Shown: positions 1 to 10,432 of the stretch, in pieces
Layout: each line of letters begins with the position of its first letter
Numbering within the stretch: position 1 is the stretch's first letter
Assembly (NCBI GenBank): GCA_963755915.1
Contig: CAVWLP010000002.1
Coordinates: 4,928,001 to 4,992,000 of the forward strand
Source of the DNA: an uncultured Phycisphaerales bacterium
GTDB lineage: Bacteria; Planctomycetota; Phycisphaerae; Tepidisphaerales; Tepidisphaeraceae
Length of the DNA: 64,000 nucleotides
Direction: 5' to 3'
Notes under the pieces: generated by a model
What the model saw: the letters and a program-made list of their open reading frames with translations, nothing else
The model's database searches: none
What the model was told of the DNA's origin: nothing
Made by a program: the position numbers and the translations under genes

Positions 1-19
1 CGCTACTAGAACTTAGCTA

Positions 20-594
20 CTAAAATTTATCTGGGCTGGGAACACCGGTCGAATCGCCCAGACCTGACGAATGGTTCGCCCACTCCTGAATCCATTGCTT
101 CGCCTCGGCTTCGGAATTGAAGGTGAAGATATTGACGATTTTGCCGTTGCCGTCGCGCATTTCCACGTTCCATTGCCGCGTTAAAGGCGCCCCCATTCCG
201 GCCGGGACGACGGATTGAGTTCCGCTGGAGGCCAGGCTTGAGATCGGTGTGGCGTACATTCGATCGCGGCCGAGCCAGCCGACGGTGAATCCGAAGAGAA
301 TCAGGGCCGCGGCCGAAGCGACGATGCGAAGCCCGTTGAAGGCCCACCCCATGATGTCTTCGCGCTGGTGGCCCGCATGATGTTGGCTTCGAGGCGGACC
401 ATGGTCCTGTCATCCGGCTCCAGGCTGTTCCAAGCCATCGAGCGGAGTGAACTGTCAGCCCTAAGCTGGTCGAGCTCCGTCTTAAGCTCGCGTTCGCTGG
501 CGAGGCGTCGCCAGAGGCCTTCGCACTCGGCGGTGGGCAGCTCGCCGTCGAGATAGGCATGTAGCAGTTCGAGATCGCTGTCGTTTACCGGCAT
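20..594 (-). CDS. Anti-sigma factor (membrane-anchored), split by a frameshift near 355
   Basis: N-terminal LLHAYLDGEL motif typical of anti-sigma factors (ORF 301..594). A TM helix follows in ORF 20..352. Lies directly downstream of an ECF sigma factor. Confidence 0.75.
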
Positions 595-645
595 AATTGT
601 CCTTCCTCCGTCCCCGAAATATCTCCCAACCTTTGGCTCCGTCCA

Positions 646-1188
646 TTAGACCTGATCGGCATAAGCCCGCAACAGCTCAGCAAGCTGACGGCGGCCGCGA
701 TGTATCCAGGTTTTGACCTGCGGAATGCTTGCCCCAAGTGTTTCAGCAATCTGGGCATAAGACATCTTCTCATATTCGCAGAGCACCAGAGCCGCCCGGA
801 AGTTCTCGGGTAAGCGGTCGATGGCGCGTCTGACCTGGAGAACGGTTTCACTTTCGATCATATGACGACTTGGCGACTGTGAAGAGCCGCTGGGGTCGCC
901 TGCTTCATCCGGCAAAACCGACATGTGAGGCTTTCGCAAAATGCGAAGCGCCTCGTTCACGACGGTTCGCCGCATCAGCCCTCCCGCTTCCCGCCAGTCG
1001 TAACGGTCGCGGTGCTGGTACAGGTTCATAAATGCCTGTTGCACCACATCTTCTGGCGAGGCGCGGGTGCCGACGATGGCCCTGGCAATTGCCAGCATCC
1101 GTCGTGAATGCTGCCGCACGGCACGCTCGAAAAGCTCAGTTGTGCTCTGTGCGGGGGCATCTTGCCGCCCGTTCTCTTCCTGTGACAC
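646..1188 (-). CDS. ECF (sigma-70 group 4) RNA polymerase sigma factor
   Basis: Region 2 EDVVQQAFMNLY and region 4 LPENFRAALVLCEYEKMSYAQIAETLG..VKTWIHRGR. Confidence 0.92.
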   Translation of the reverse strand: MSQEENGRQDAPAQSTTELFERAVRQHSRRMLAIARAIVGTRASPEDVVQQAFMNLYQHRDRYDWREAGGLMRRTVVNEALRILRKPHMSVLPDEAGDPSGSSQSPSRHMIESETVLQVRRAIDRLPENFRAALVLCEYEKMSYAQIAETLGASIPQVKTWIHRGRRQLAELLRAYADQV

Positions 1189-1302
1189 GCGCCGACTCCG
1201 GCAAAGTTACAGTGTTTGACTCATTAAAACCCTATACTTACATCTTATCGGTCGTCCTTTGATTTGTCGCGGAAGCTTTCGTTTTAGGAAAGGTAGGAAA
1301 CT

Positions 1303-2301
1303 ATGGGGTCGAACATTACCCCCCGCCGCCAGCTTGGAAAATCGGGGCTGACGGTTTCGGCATTGGGCCTGGGCTGCATGGGGATGTCGGAATTCTATGG
1401 CTCCAGAAATGACGAGGAGTCGATTAACGTCATTCACCGCAGCATCGAACTGGGGATGGATTTCCTCGACACCGCCGACATGTATGGCGTCGGGGATAAC
1501 GAAAAACTCGTCGGTCAGGCCATCCGCGACCGGCGGGATAAGGTGACCCTGGCGACGAAATTCGGGAACGTGCGGGGCGCCGACGGCAGCTTCAAGGGGA
1601 TCAATGGAACCCCCGAATACGTCGCCAGCGCCTGCGAGGCGAGCCTTAAACGCCTTGGAATCGACGTGATCGATCTTTATTACCAGCATCGCGTGGACGC
1701 CAATACGCCCATTGAAGAGACAGTCGGCGCGATGGCAAGGTTAGTGAAGCAGGGCAAAGTGCGGTTCCTCGGCCTCTCTGAGGCAGGCGCCAATACCATC
1801 CGTCGCGCGGCGAAGGTACATCCGATCGCGGCTTTGCAAACCGAATATTCGCTTTGGACCCGGGATGTCGAAGATGAGATTCTTCCCACTTGCCGGGAGC
1901 TGGGAGTGGGATTTGTGGCTTATAGCCCGCTGGGTCGCGGGTTTTTGACGGGGCAGTTCAAAAAATTAGAGGATCTTCCTCCGGGCGATCGCCGACGGGC
2001 GTTTCCACGGTTCCAGGGCGAAAACTTCGAGAAGAACCTGGAACTGGTACGAAAGATCGAGCAGCTTGCGTCAAAGAAGGGTTGTCGGCCGTGCCAACTG
2101 GCGCTCGCCTGGGTGCTGGCGCAGGGTCCGGATATCGTGCCGATACCGGGGACCAAGAAGTTGAAGTATCTCGAGCAGAACGCCTGTGCGTACCTGCAAC
2201 TCAGCGAAGCCGAGCTTCAAGAGATCGACCAGATCATTCCGCATGAACTGTTTGCGGGCCAAAGATATCCGGCCGAGGCGATGGGCGCCCTGAGCCGCTA
2301 A
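1303..2301 (+). CDS. Aldo/keto reductase
   Basis: [32 protein letters not shown] and PIPGT motifs. Confidence 0.95.
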   Translation: MGSNITPRRQLGKSGLTVSALGLGCMGMSEFYGSRNDEESINVIHRSIELGMDFLDTADMYGVGDNEKLVGQAIRDRRDKVTLATKFGNVRGADGSFKGINGTPEYVASACEASLKRLGIDVIDLYYQHRVDANTPIEETVGAMARLVKQGKVRFLGLSEAGANTIRRAAKVHPIAALQTEYSLWTRDVEDEILPTCRELGVGFVAYSPLGRGFLTGQFKKLEDLPPGDRRRAFPRFQGENFEKNLELVRKIEQLASKKGCRPCQLALAWVLAQGPDIVPIPGTKKLKYLEQNACAYLQLSEAELQEIDQIIPHELFAGQRYPAEAMGALSR

Positions 2302-2333
2302 CCTTGTGAATCGGGGGCTGGAGATGAAATCGA

Positions 2334-3776
2334 ATGACGGACCTCAATTGCGTGGCGAGGCGGCTCTGGAGTATCGCCGCCCTTATTTTTCTAGGCACGA
2401 ACATCGCTCGGGCGGACGAATTGAATGCGCCGTCGCCGCAATATCAGGAGCAATACCGCCCGCAATTCCATTTCACTGCTGACAAGGGCTGGCTGAACGA
2501 TCCGAACGGGCTGGTTTTCTTTGACGGAGAATACCATCTCTTCTTTCAATATCGTCCCGATGCCTTAGCGCTAGTGCCGCCGGTGATGTCCTGGGGCCAT
2601 GCGGTCAGTCCTGATCTGGTGCATTGGACGCAATTGGATACGGCGCTCCGCCCTGACGATCACGACGGATGGATCTGGTCCGGCTCGGCAGTCGTCGACT
2701 GGCAAAATACCAGCGGGTTCGGGCGTGACGGAAAGCCGCCGCTCGTCGCGATTTATACGGCCGCGAAAGACCCGTTCGCGCAGGCAATTGCGTACAGCAA
2801 TGATCGCGGCAGAACCTGGACCAAATACGCGGGCAATCCAGTGGTCCCCCACATCGCGAACGACAACCGCGATCCGCACGCATTCTGGTACGAGCCCGCG
2901 AAGCAGTGGGTGATGGTGCTTTTCAAGGACGTGGACAGCACATTTTGCATCCTGAGTTCTCCCGACCTTAAACATTGGGCTGAGCAGCAAGAATTTCAGA
3001 TGCCCGGCTGTGGCGAATGCCCGGATTTCTTTCCCCTGCCACTGGATGGCGAAGCTTCAAAACTGAAGTGGGTTTTCACAGCCGCCAACGGCAAGTATCT
3101 GGTTGGCGATTTCGACGGCCACAAATTCACGCCACAGCAGGAACTGCGCGAGGTCGATTATGGTGGGAATTTTTACGCGGTGCAAACATTCAATGACATT
3201 CCCCCTGCCGATGGACGGCGAATTCAGATCACCTGGATGCGCGACGGACGATATCCCGGCATGCCGTTCAATCAGCAGATGAGTTTTCCCTGCGAACTGA
3301 CCTTGCATTCAACCAACGATGGCCCCCGCCTGTTCCGCTACCCCGTCCATGAAATCAATCTGCTTCATGCGAAGCAATATCACTGGACTGATCTCGTCCT
3401 AACACCCGGCGACAAACCGCTCGACGGCCCAACTGGCGATCTATTCGATATCCAGGCCGACATCGACCCGGGCGATGCCGCCGTGGTCGGTTTGCGAATC
3501 GCCAACCAAACCGTCACATACGAAAGACCAACCGAACTTGTCCGATCCCTGGGGGATGCCCCCTTGCCGTTGGACAAAGGCGCCGTCCTGCACCTTCGCG
3601 TGCTGGTCGATCGCACATCAATCGAAACCTTCGCACAAGATGGCCGCGTGTCCCTGACAAGCTGCTATCTCCCGCCGACAGGCGAAAGCGACACCCCCTT
3701 GTCACTCATCGACAAAGGCGGCACCGCGCGTGTGCATTCGTTGTCCATTTACGAGTTGAAATCGGCGTGGCAATAA
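2334..3776 (+). CDS. Glycoside hydrolase family 32 (levanase/beta-fructofuranosidase), secreted
   Basis: WLNDPNG, WSGSA, RDP and ECPD catalytic motifs; N-terminal signal peptide. Confidence 0.93.
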   Translation: MTDLNCVARRLWSIAALIFLGTNIARADELNAPSPQYQEQYRPQFHFTADKGWLNDPNGLVFFDGEYHLFFQYRPDALALVPPVMSWGHAVSPDLVHWTQLDTALRPDDHDGWIWSGSAVVDWQNTSGFGRDGKPPLVAIYTAAKDPFAQAIAYSNDRGRTWTKYAGNPVVPHIANDNRDPHAFWYEPAKQWVMVLFKDVDSTFCILSSPDLKHWAEQQEFQMPGCGECPDFFPLPLDGEASKLKWVFTAANGKYLVGDFDGHKFTPQQELREVDYGGNFYAVQTFNDIPPADGRRIQITWMRDGRYPGMPFNQQMSFPCELTLHSTNDGPRLFRYPVHEINLLHAKQYHWTDLVLTPGDKPLDGPTGDLFDIQADIDPGDAAVVGLRIANQTVTYERPTELVRSLGDAPLPLDKGAVLHLRVLVDRTSIETFAQDGRVSLTSCYLPPTGESDTPLSLIDKGGTARVHSLSIYELKSAWQ

Positions 3777-3779
3777 GAG

Positions 3780-5381
3780 CTAAGCGGGTTCAGCGTGGCT
3801 GGCGGAAACCGGTGACCGGGTGGCCAATCTGAAGTTCCGCCATAGCCACCAAACCAGCGCGGCGAAGGCCACGAGCGCCAGAGCGAACAGAATCTTCATC
3901 AGCGGACTCGTGAAGATGATGAAGAGTGTCGCTGAAAAAGTCGCCCCACCCAGCAGAAGACAAGCAGGCAGCGTCAGAATCCAGGCCAGGGCGATATTGC
4001 GGAGAGTGGCGACCTGCAGGCCGGAGCGATTCGCGGCCATCGTTCCCGCGACACCGGACGACAAGACGTGTGTCGTGCTCACCGGCATTCCAAACATATC
4101 GGCTGCGCCGATCGTCGCCATCGCGACCAGTTCCGCGCACGCCCCCTGCGCGTAGGTCAGATGCTCTTTGCCGATTTTTTCACCGACGGTCACCACGATC
4201 CGCTTCCAGCCGATCATCGTGCCAAATCCCAGTGCGCAAGCGACGGCGACTTTCACCCACGCGGGAATGTATTGCGTGACTCCCGTGAGTTCCTTTTTGT
4301 AGGAGGCGAGCGATGTTGCCTCGGCCGGGTCCTGAATCTGCTTCTGGGCCTGAAGTTTGGTGATGGCGCCGGAGAGGAGATAAAGCCGGCTTCGGACGAG
4401 CTTTCTTTCGTCGCCGGTGAATTCGCTGAAGCTGTTTTTGCCCTCCAGGTCGCGATCCACTTCGCGGTTGACGACGGCCAGGGCGGGGATCGTGTTTTCG
4501 CTGAAAGTGCCCGCGGTCTGTAGATAGTCCGACAGGACACCGGAAGCGTCGTCCAAAGACGGCGCTGAAGCAGCCGCCGTCTGGGTTTCGAGCTGCGCCG
4601 ACCGTCTGGGCCGATTTCTGCAGCTCTCTCAGTTGCCCCGCGCCGGCCTCCATGTTCAGTGCGTACATGCCCGGCAGAATCCCGATCAGGATAAGAACGA
4701 CCAGGCCCATCCCCTTCTGCCCATCGTTTGAACCATGCGCGAAGCTTACGCCGGTGCAGGTGAGAACCAACAGGCGCGGATCGGCATTGGCGGCGGCGTC
4801 CCTTTGGGCGGCGACTTATAGAGCGCGGGATTGCGAATCAGCAGCCTCGCCATCCATAAAAGGAGCGCGGCTCCAACGAAACCCATCAGGGGTGAAATCA
4901 GCAGCGATGAGAAGACCTCGGTGGCTTTGCTCCAGTTAACGCCTTCGCCAAAAACGTGCCCTTTGGAAAGCATCGCGTTGGCCAGTCCAACGCCCATGAT
5001 GGAGCCGATCAGGGAATGCGAGCTGGAGGCAGGAAGGCCGAGGTACCAGGTGCCGAGGTTCCAGAAGATCGCGGAGATCAGCAGCGCGAAGATCATCGCG
5101 AAGCCGGCGTCGGAGCCGATGTTGATGACCAGCTCGACCGGCAATAGCGCGACCACGCTGAAGGCAACCGCGCCGGAAGAGGTGAGGACACCGATGAGGT
5201 TCCAGAGACCCGACCAGACGACGGCAACCCACGGGGGAAGCGTGTCGGTGTAGATAACGGTGGCGACGGCGTTGGCGGTGTCGTGAAATCCGTTGACGAA
5301 CTCAAACCCCAGCGCAAGTCCAAGCGCCAGCACCAGAAAGGCACAGTTACCCATGGAGAGGGAGTCTGCCAGAAGGTTCAT
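3780..5381 (-). CDS. Pit-family inorganic phosphate transporter (three ORF pieces, two frameshifts)
   Basis: NGFHDTANAVAT, GLPASSSH, AHGSNDGQKGMG and PVSTTHVLSSGVAG motifs spread over ORFs 4746..5381, 4180..4770 and 3780..4556. Confidence 0.92.
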
Positions 5382-5526
5382 AGAACTGGTGCCATAACCC
5401 TATAGGTTTCTGTGAAAACTTCAAACAGCGTTCAGCCGCTCGCCAGCGTAAGGGAAGCGGTTGCGCGAAGTGTTAGCTTAAGGTTAGAATTGCGCGAAGA
5501 GGAGATTTGCGGGGCTTAATCTAAGC

Positions 5527-6278
5527 CTATTTCTGACTGCTGGTCATTCCATCGCGCTGGATGGGGATGGTGGTTTTTCCGATGGTGATTTTTTGGGCGA
5601 AGAGGATGAGGTGGCCATCGAGTTCGCCGAGCATGCCGGTGGCGGTGATGTAACCCCTGGCGTTGGAGTCGAAAGTGCCTTGGGGGAAGATGAGTCTTTC
5701 ACCGACATCGACGGTGCCGATGGCGCCGGCGTCGGTGCGGAGACGCATGAGCAATTCGGGGGTTGAGTCGCCCATGAGGTCGGCGGCACGGATGCCACAG
5801 ATCCGGCCTTCAAACGTGACCGGCTTGGGGGAGCGGCGTTGCTTGGCTGGGTCGCGGGGGCGGGGACCCACAGGGTTGTATCGTCCGGGGTGGGGGCGGA
5901 GGGAATGTTTGGCGAAACGGCATTGGGCGATGGGGCGCTGGGCTGAGGGACGGAGTTGCTCGCGGAGGGGCCTCCGAAGACGTACTGCGGAACGCTGCCG
6001 CCGACGCCGGGGGCGGACGGGGGCGGAGAGTATTGCCAGTTTTGGTTGGAGGAACCGGCGGAATCGTAGGGGATGGGGACGTAGTCAAAGCGGCCGGTGT
6101 ACCAGTTGAACTGGAAGGGATTGTAATTGTTGCGGGTGCGGAAGTTGTAGGAAGGATTTTCGGGATAGATCGGGCCGACGCGGGTGTCAATCTGGGGCTG
6201 GACCTGCCATTGGGCGAGTGAATAGACCGCGAGAATGCCAATCGTTGCGATGATCAGATAGAGGGTGGATCGATTCAT
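5527..6278 (-). CDS. Hypothetical secreted Pro-rich protein (probable frameshift)
   Basis: Signal-peptide-like N-terminus, Tyr/Asn-rich segment and Pro-rich linker. A globular C-terminal part appears in the other frame (5527..5871). Confidence 0.55.
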
Positions 6279-6516
6279 TTGAATTCCTTTGTGAACGGTG
6301 ATTGTAGGGGGCGATTTTTATTTTGCGGGTGAGGGAAATTTTTTGGTGCTCGGAGGGCATCGGTACAAAAGGTAACACTCCGCAACAAGATGGGAAAGAT
6401 GGGTAATATGGGATATGGTATCTAAGGTATTATGACATTAAGCAACTTCAATCGCAGATTTATAAAGACCGACAAGTTTCGCGCGGAGGCGCTGAGGCTC
6501 GGGCGGGAAGACAGGC

Positions 6517-7173
6517 TCAAGTCGACTTGGCTCGGCGCCGGCCCAGCACGGCGGCGGAGAGCAACCCAAGCAGCGACGCCGATGCCGGCTCGGGGACCGC
6601 GATTTCGATTCCATTGCCCGCGGTTCCGCCTGCTGTTTCGTCGAGCTCATATATCTCGTCTAAAGTGGTCGTTGTAGTTGTCCAGTCTCCGTAGCCAAAG
6701 GGTCCCGTTGGGCCATTTACGCCCGTGAGGGCAATCGTGTTAGACCCAAGACCCGTTACGTTGAGCAGCGAGGAGCCGTTGAGTTGGGTCCAGTCACCAT
6801 CTGAAGTCAGGATGGTGTCCTCGAAATCCGTGTAAGTTTCGGTATTAAAAACTGTAATCGCCTGGCTTTGACTGAAGACCATTTTGATTTCCCATTGATC
6901 GATCCCGGTGCCCGTATCCATGATTCCCATTTTGACACCGCCATCCGCATTTTGCGACCCCTGCGATCCGACGCCGGGTGCGTATTGGAACAACTGGGGC
7001 GTTCCGACTGCGGGTGCGGAGACTTCGGAAACGGTGACACTGCCTCCCGGATAATCGATGGTCATGGGAAGGGTGGAAGGAGAGATGCCCGCAAAATCAA
7101 TCCAGATCGAGCCAAACACAGGAGCGCCAATGAGCAAAACCGCAGCAAAAACCAATTCAAACGACACCCGCAT
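6517..7173 (-). CDS. PEP-CTERM sorting domain protein
   Basis: Signal peptide; C-terminal VPEPAS + hydrophobic helix + RRR. Confidence 0.88.
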   Translation of the reverse strand: MRVSFELVFAAVLLIGAPVFGSIWIDFAGISPSTLPMTIDYPGGSVTVSEVSAPAVGTPQLFQYAPGVGSQGSQNADGGVKMGIMDTGTGIDQWEIKMVFSQSQAITVFNTETYTDFEDTILTSDGDWTQLNGSSLLNVTGLGSNTIALTGVNGPTGPFGYGDWTTTTTTLDEIYELDETAGGTAGNGIEIAVPEPASASLLGLLSAAVLGRRRAKST

Positions 7174-7596
7174 GGATACCTCTCGGCTGTTAGCCGGATG
7201 GGAAATAGCGCTACACTTTTTTTGGAACCGCCAGACTGGTAACGGAAACTACAAAAACGACTTTAAACGCGCTGCACCGCGCGCCAACAACAATCGCGCA
7301 GAAGCGAGGCTAAATTTGAAAGTTTTTACTCGCTGGGTTTGCGACGAATATTTCCGTGATTGCGACGGGAGGCGTCAAGTTAATTTCGTTGAATGGCCGA
7401 CCGCGAGCGAATGTCGATTGAGGCACGCGTTCACGCGACGGTTATTTTGCATTGACGCACGTGATCGGCGCGACGAAACATCGCGGGTATAGAGTTAAAG
7501 TGGGATGGGACTTGTGGTGGGAGTTGTGGTCGTCGCGACCGTCTCATTCTGATTCGTTTGCGGTTCTTGATTTGGGACGGTTTTCGCTGCACGTGT

Positions 7597-7965
7597 TCAT
7601 TGCTTGTGCCGCATGACGCGTTGGCCGTCTTTGACGCTGCAGTCGCGCCAGCCAAGGGATCGGTAGAGTTTGTAGGCGCGGGTGGATTTGTCGGTTGAAG
7701 TCCAGAGCCAGATTTCGGGCCAGCCGTGCTCGTAGAGCCATTGCTGGCCGCGGCGAACCAGCTCTGTTCCGATGCCGCGGCGTTCGTATTTGGGCAGAAC
7801 GGCGACGACCCAGAATTCGCCGGTGGTGCAATCGCACATGCTGAAGCCGACGATCTGGGCTTCGAGCTCGCAGACCCAGCCTTTGTGGGTTGTGGAGAGG
7901 CCGCGGGCGACGGATTCTTCGGTGATGCCGGCGCGTGTCAGGGCTTCGAGGGACCAGCGGTTGGG
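7597..7965 (-). pseudogene. GNAT acetyltransferase, 5'-truncated
   Basis: VLPKYERRGIGTEL motif and AYKLYRSLGW. The frame extends upstream to NRWSLEALTRAGITEESVA and then meets stop codons with no start. Confidence 0.65.
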
Positions 7966-8059
7966 GAGTCATCAAGGACGCCCCTCCGGATTTGGCTCGG
8001 AATCATGATCACTATCTGCACGGAACAGCAATCGAATAGCGATATGGCGGCGCATCTTC

Positions 8060-8118
8060 CTTGGCGCTCTTGGCGTCTTGGCGGTTCTAAAGAATTTTTA
8101 ACCGCCAAGAGCGCCAAG
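8060..8118. repeat. Palindromic repeat family A (CTTGGCG units), copy 1
   Basis: cttggcgctcttggcgtcttggcggtt ... aaccgccaagagcgccaag inverted arms; related copy at 40756..40826. Confidence 0.8.
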
Positions 8119-8146
8119 AAATACAATTGTTCTGGATAGAAATCAT

Positions 8147-8371
8147 TTGGAAGTTGCAGACTTGAGCAGAAAATATCTTGGTTCAAGCGTCGATGATTTT
8201 CTGAAGGAGGATGGAATCTTCGAAGAGGCTCAGGCGAAAGCAGTCAGGGAAGTCGTCGCTTGGCAACTGGCGAAAGCGATGAAGAAAAAGAAGCTTTCGA
8301 AAAAGAAGATGGCGGCTTTGCTGAAGACGAGCCGGACGCAGGTGGACCGGCTAGCCGAACGACCTGCCTGA
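8147..8371 (+). pseudogene. XRE-type HTH antitoxin-like gene, 3'-truncated
   Basis: GSSVDDFLKEDGIFEE..VAWQLAKAM..MAALLKTSRTQVDRL. The family-like sequence stops where the DUF4411 gene ends. Confidence 0.65.
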
Positions 8372-8845
8372 GCGCGTAATTAGTTCGAGAAAATTGAGAT
8401 ACGGAACATTAACGCTCGCAATGGAACACACGGCAGGAATTTTGTACCGCGCCATCAGCGTGGGAAGCAATGGCTGAGGCGCTTCGTTCGTGACCAGTTC
8501 GCAGCCAGCTTCTTTTGCGGCTGCAATGATCAGCAAGTCGTTCTCATCAACGCCGTTAGCGTGGTATCGATCATTCATAATCCCGAGGCTTGCTTTCATC
8601 GCGAGAGCAAATCCCACCGAGATCTGTGTGGTTGAAAGCTCTCCTATATTGTTGTTTTTAAGCCATGTGTGGCAATCTGGAGAACGGTGGGCGGTTTCAT
8701 CAAGTGCAACCTTTGCAATGGTGAACCGCCCTGCGACAATTTCTTCCTCTATCCAGTCCCAGAGTCTCGGGAAATGGCTCAACGGATAGTTAATCCAGCC
8801 ATGGAGAATGGATGACGCGTCAAATGTTGGCAAGATGCTTCTCAA
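8351..8845 (-). CDS. DUF4411-family PIN-like domain protein
   Basis: FDASSIL..YP...FPRLWDW, DLLIIAAA..LVTNE and KIPAVC motifs; overlaps the end of the upstream ImmA/IrrE gene. Confidence 0.85.
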   Translation of the reverse strand: MRSILPTFDASSILHGWINYPLSHFPRLWDWIEEEIVAGRFTIAKVALDETAHRSPDCHTWLKNNNIGELSTTQISVGFALAMKASLGIMNDRYHANGVDENDLLIIAAAKEAGCELVTNEAPQPLLPTLMARYKIPAVCSIASVNVPYLNFLELITRSGRSFG

Positions 8846-9980
8846 GCTTGAAGACGTCGTTCACTTTTAGATTGTCAAGGAAGCCGCTGGCCTTATTAAG
8901 TGTTATCCGTCGCGCCCGTAAGGCCGTGAGAACTGCGCGTACATAACGTCGACCGAACAATTGCACTGGTTCCTTGAATCTGCCAGAGCGGTTACCTCCA
9001 GATCTCTCCACCTTTGGCTGCGCTTCGCGCCATTTGCGGTACTCCTCGTATTTCGAAAGGGATAGTCGACCCTCGTCGAGTAGGCGGCGTAGGACAACTT
9101 CTGCGCTTACTCCCCACGCGCCGTACCAATGACGTAGTGAATCGTCGTATTCAGCGACGCCCGTGGGAATCGCGCTTTGCGGAATTTGATTTACGTACTC
9201 TCTAGGTACAAGGAGCTGGCCGGCAAATGCATTGGCCTCGCGTTCCCCACCCTGGCGGGCCCACAGGTCTGCTTCGCGGTCTATCGATCCACTGTCATGG
9301 AGCAGCAGGTGCGCCAGTTCATGCATCAGGGTGAAAGTCATGCGGGCTTCAACGAAATGCCCTCGGACTACTATGACGGGGTAGAGTTTGAATGGAATTG
9401 AAAAGCCGATCACCGTTGACTCGGCTGGAAATCGCCATGCGCCGAGGTATCCGGTAGTTCGGATAACCAAAACTCCCTTGTCCTCGATTTTCTCGCGGAA
9501 ATACTCAAACGACCGCGGAGAACTCACTTGTTCGTCTATGCCGAGCCAAGTTCGGACCCTCGCCGGTGCTGACGAAGGGTCGGCCTTTGGCGACAATGGC
9601 ACGGCAAAAGGAGGACCCAGGTCTTCGCCGATCTCTTCTCGCACTGCCAGGTAGGTCTCGCGGTACCTCTCGGTGCGCTCAATTAGTCCCTTAATCTCTG
9701 GCAAAAGGTCCGGCTCGTTGTTTGTCAGGCTGCGAAACGCTGGAGTCCTTACTTGGGTTTCGGTTACCGCACCCGTTTCGAGAAAAAAGAGGACGCCACG
9801 GCCAAAGAACTTCGCCAAGGAACTAAGCTGCGAAAACGTCAACCCTCCCTCGCCAGCCAACACTGCTCTCCATCGCGACGGTGTGATATGGATTTGTTCC
9901 CCAACGTCCTCGGGTGATATACCAAAATCGTCACTGCACCAGCGCAAACGCTCATTATTGATGGGTCCGAGTCGGTCCAT
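8820..9980 (-). CDS. HTH + ImmA/IrrE-family metallo-endopeptidase
   Basis: N-terminal XRE-like HTH; FTLMHELAHLLL (HExxH) and EREANAFAGQLLVP. Confidence 0.9.
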   Translation of the reverse strand: MDRLGPINNERLRWCSDDFGISPEDVGEQIHITPSRWRAVLAGEGGLTFSQLSSLAKFFGRGVLFFLETGAVTETQVRTPAFRSLTNNEPDLLPEIKGLIERTERYRETYLAVREEIGEDLGPPFAVPLSPKADPSSAPARVRTWLGIDEQVSSPRSFEYFREKIEDKGVLVIRTTGYLGAWRFPAESTVIGFSIPFKLYPVIVVRGHFVEARMTFTLMHELAHLLLHDSGSIDREADLWARQGGEREANAFAGQLLVPREYVNQIPQSAIPTGVAEYDDSLRHWYGAWGVSAEVVLRRLLDEGRLSLSKYEEYRKWREAQPKVERSGGNRSGRFKEPVQLFGRRYVRAVLTALRARRITLNKASGFLDNLKVNDVFKLEKHLANI

Positions 9981-10181
9981 GAGGTTCTATTCTGAGGATA
10001 ATTATAACGCCGAGAGGTCTCAACCGTGGCGCATGTCGCAGCTAATAATAAGCGTCAGCTAGGATTTAGGCGGAATTTCAATGAACCACATACCACTGCC
10101 CTATCAAATTCAGCGGCTTCATTAACCGGTTCGGGCCCGCAGATGGCAGCCAATCATGATCGCCATGTGCAATGCCCAAAA

Positions 10182-10269
10182 CGGATAGGGAAGGGATCGA
10201 ACTCCCGCTACGGCAAAGCCGCGGACCTCGGTTTCACAAACCGATGCATTACCACTTAGCCATCTCTGG
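10182..10269 (-). tRNA. Degenerate type-II (Ser-like) tRNA or pseudo-tRNA with GTG anticodon
   Basis: Minus strand reads CCAGAGA TG GCTAAGTGGTAATGC A TCGGT-TTGTGAA-ACCGA, a long variable arm (CGGC-TTT-GCCG), GGGAG-TTCGATC-CCTTC, CCTATCC G; 88 nt. Acceptor and T stems pair poorly. Confidence 0.55.
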
Positions 10270-10432
10270 CGGAAGCACCTGAAATTCCCGTGCAAACGCC
10301 GGATATGGCGGGGGCAGGAGAAGAGTATGGCGCAAAGCGCTCTCGGTCAAATCGACATTAGCAAATGAAAAATACGCAGTGAAGGGGCCTACAGGTGCGC
10401 ATTCGCGGGCAAGACGTAGACCGCCGCTACTA

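Noticed and set aside
6386-6420. Short direct repeats aagatggg/atatggg
   Set aside because: Few, short and degenerate; no supportable function.
7490-7530. GTGGG/GTGGT repeats resembling an MraZ box
   Set aside because: Spacing is irregular and no mraZ or dcw gene follows.
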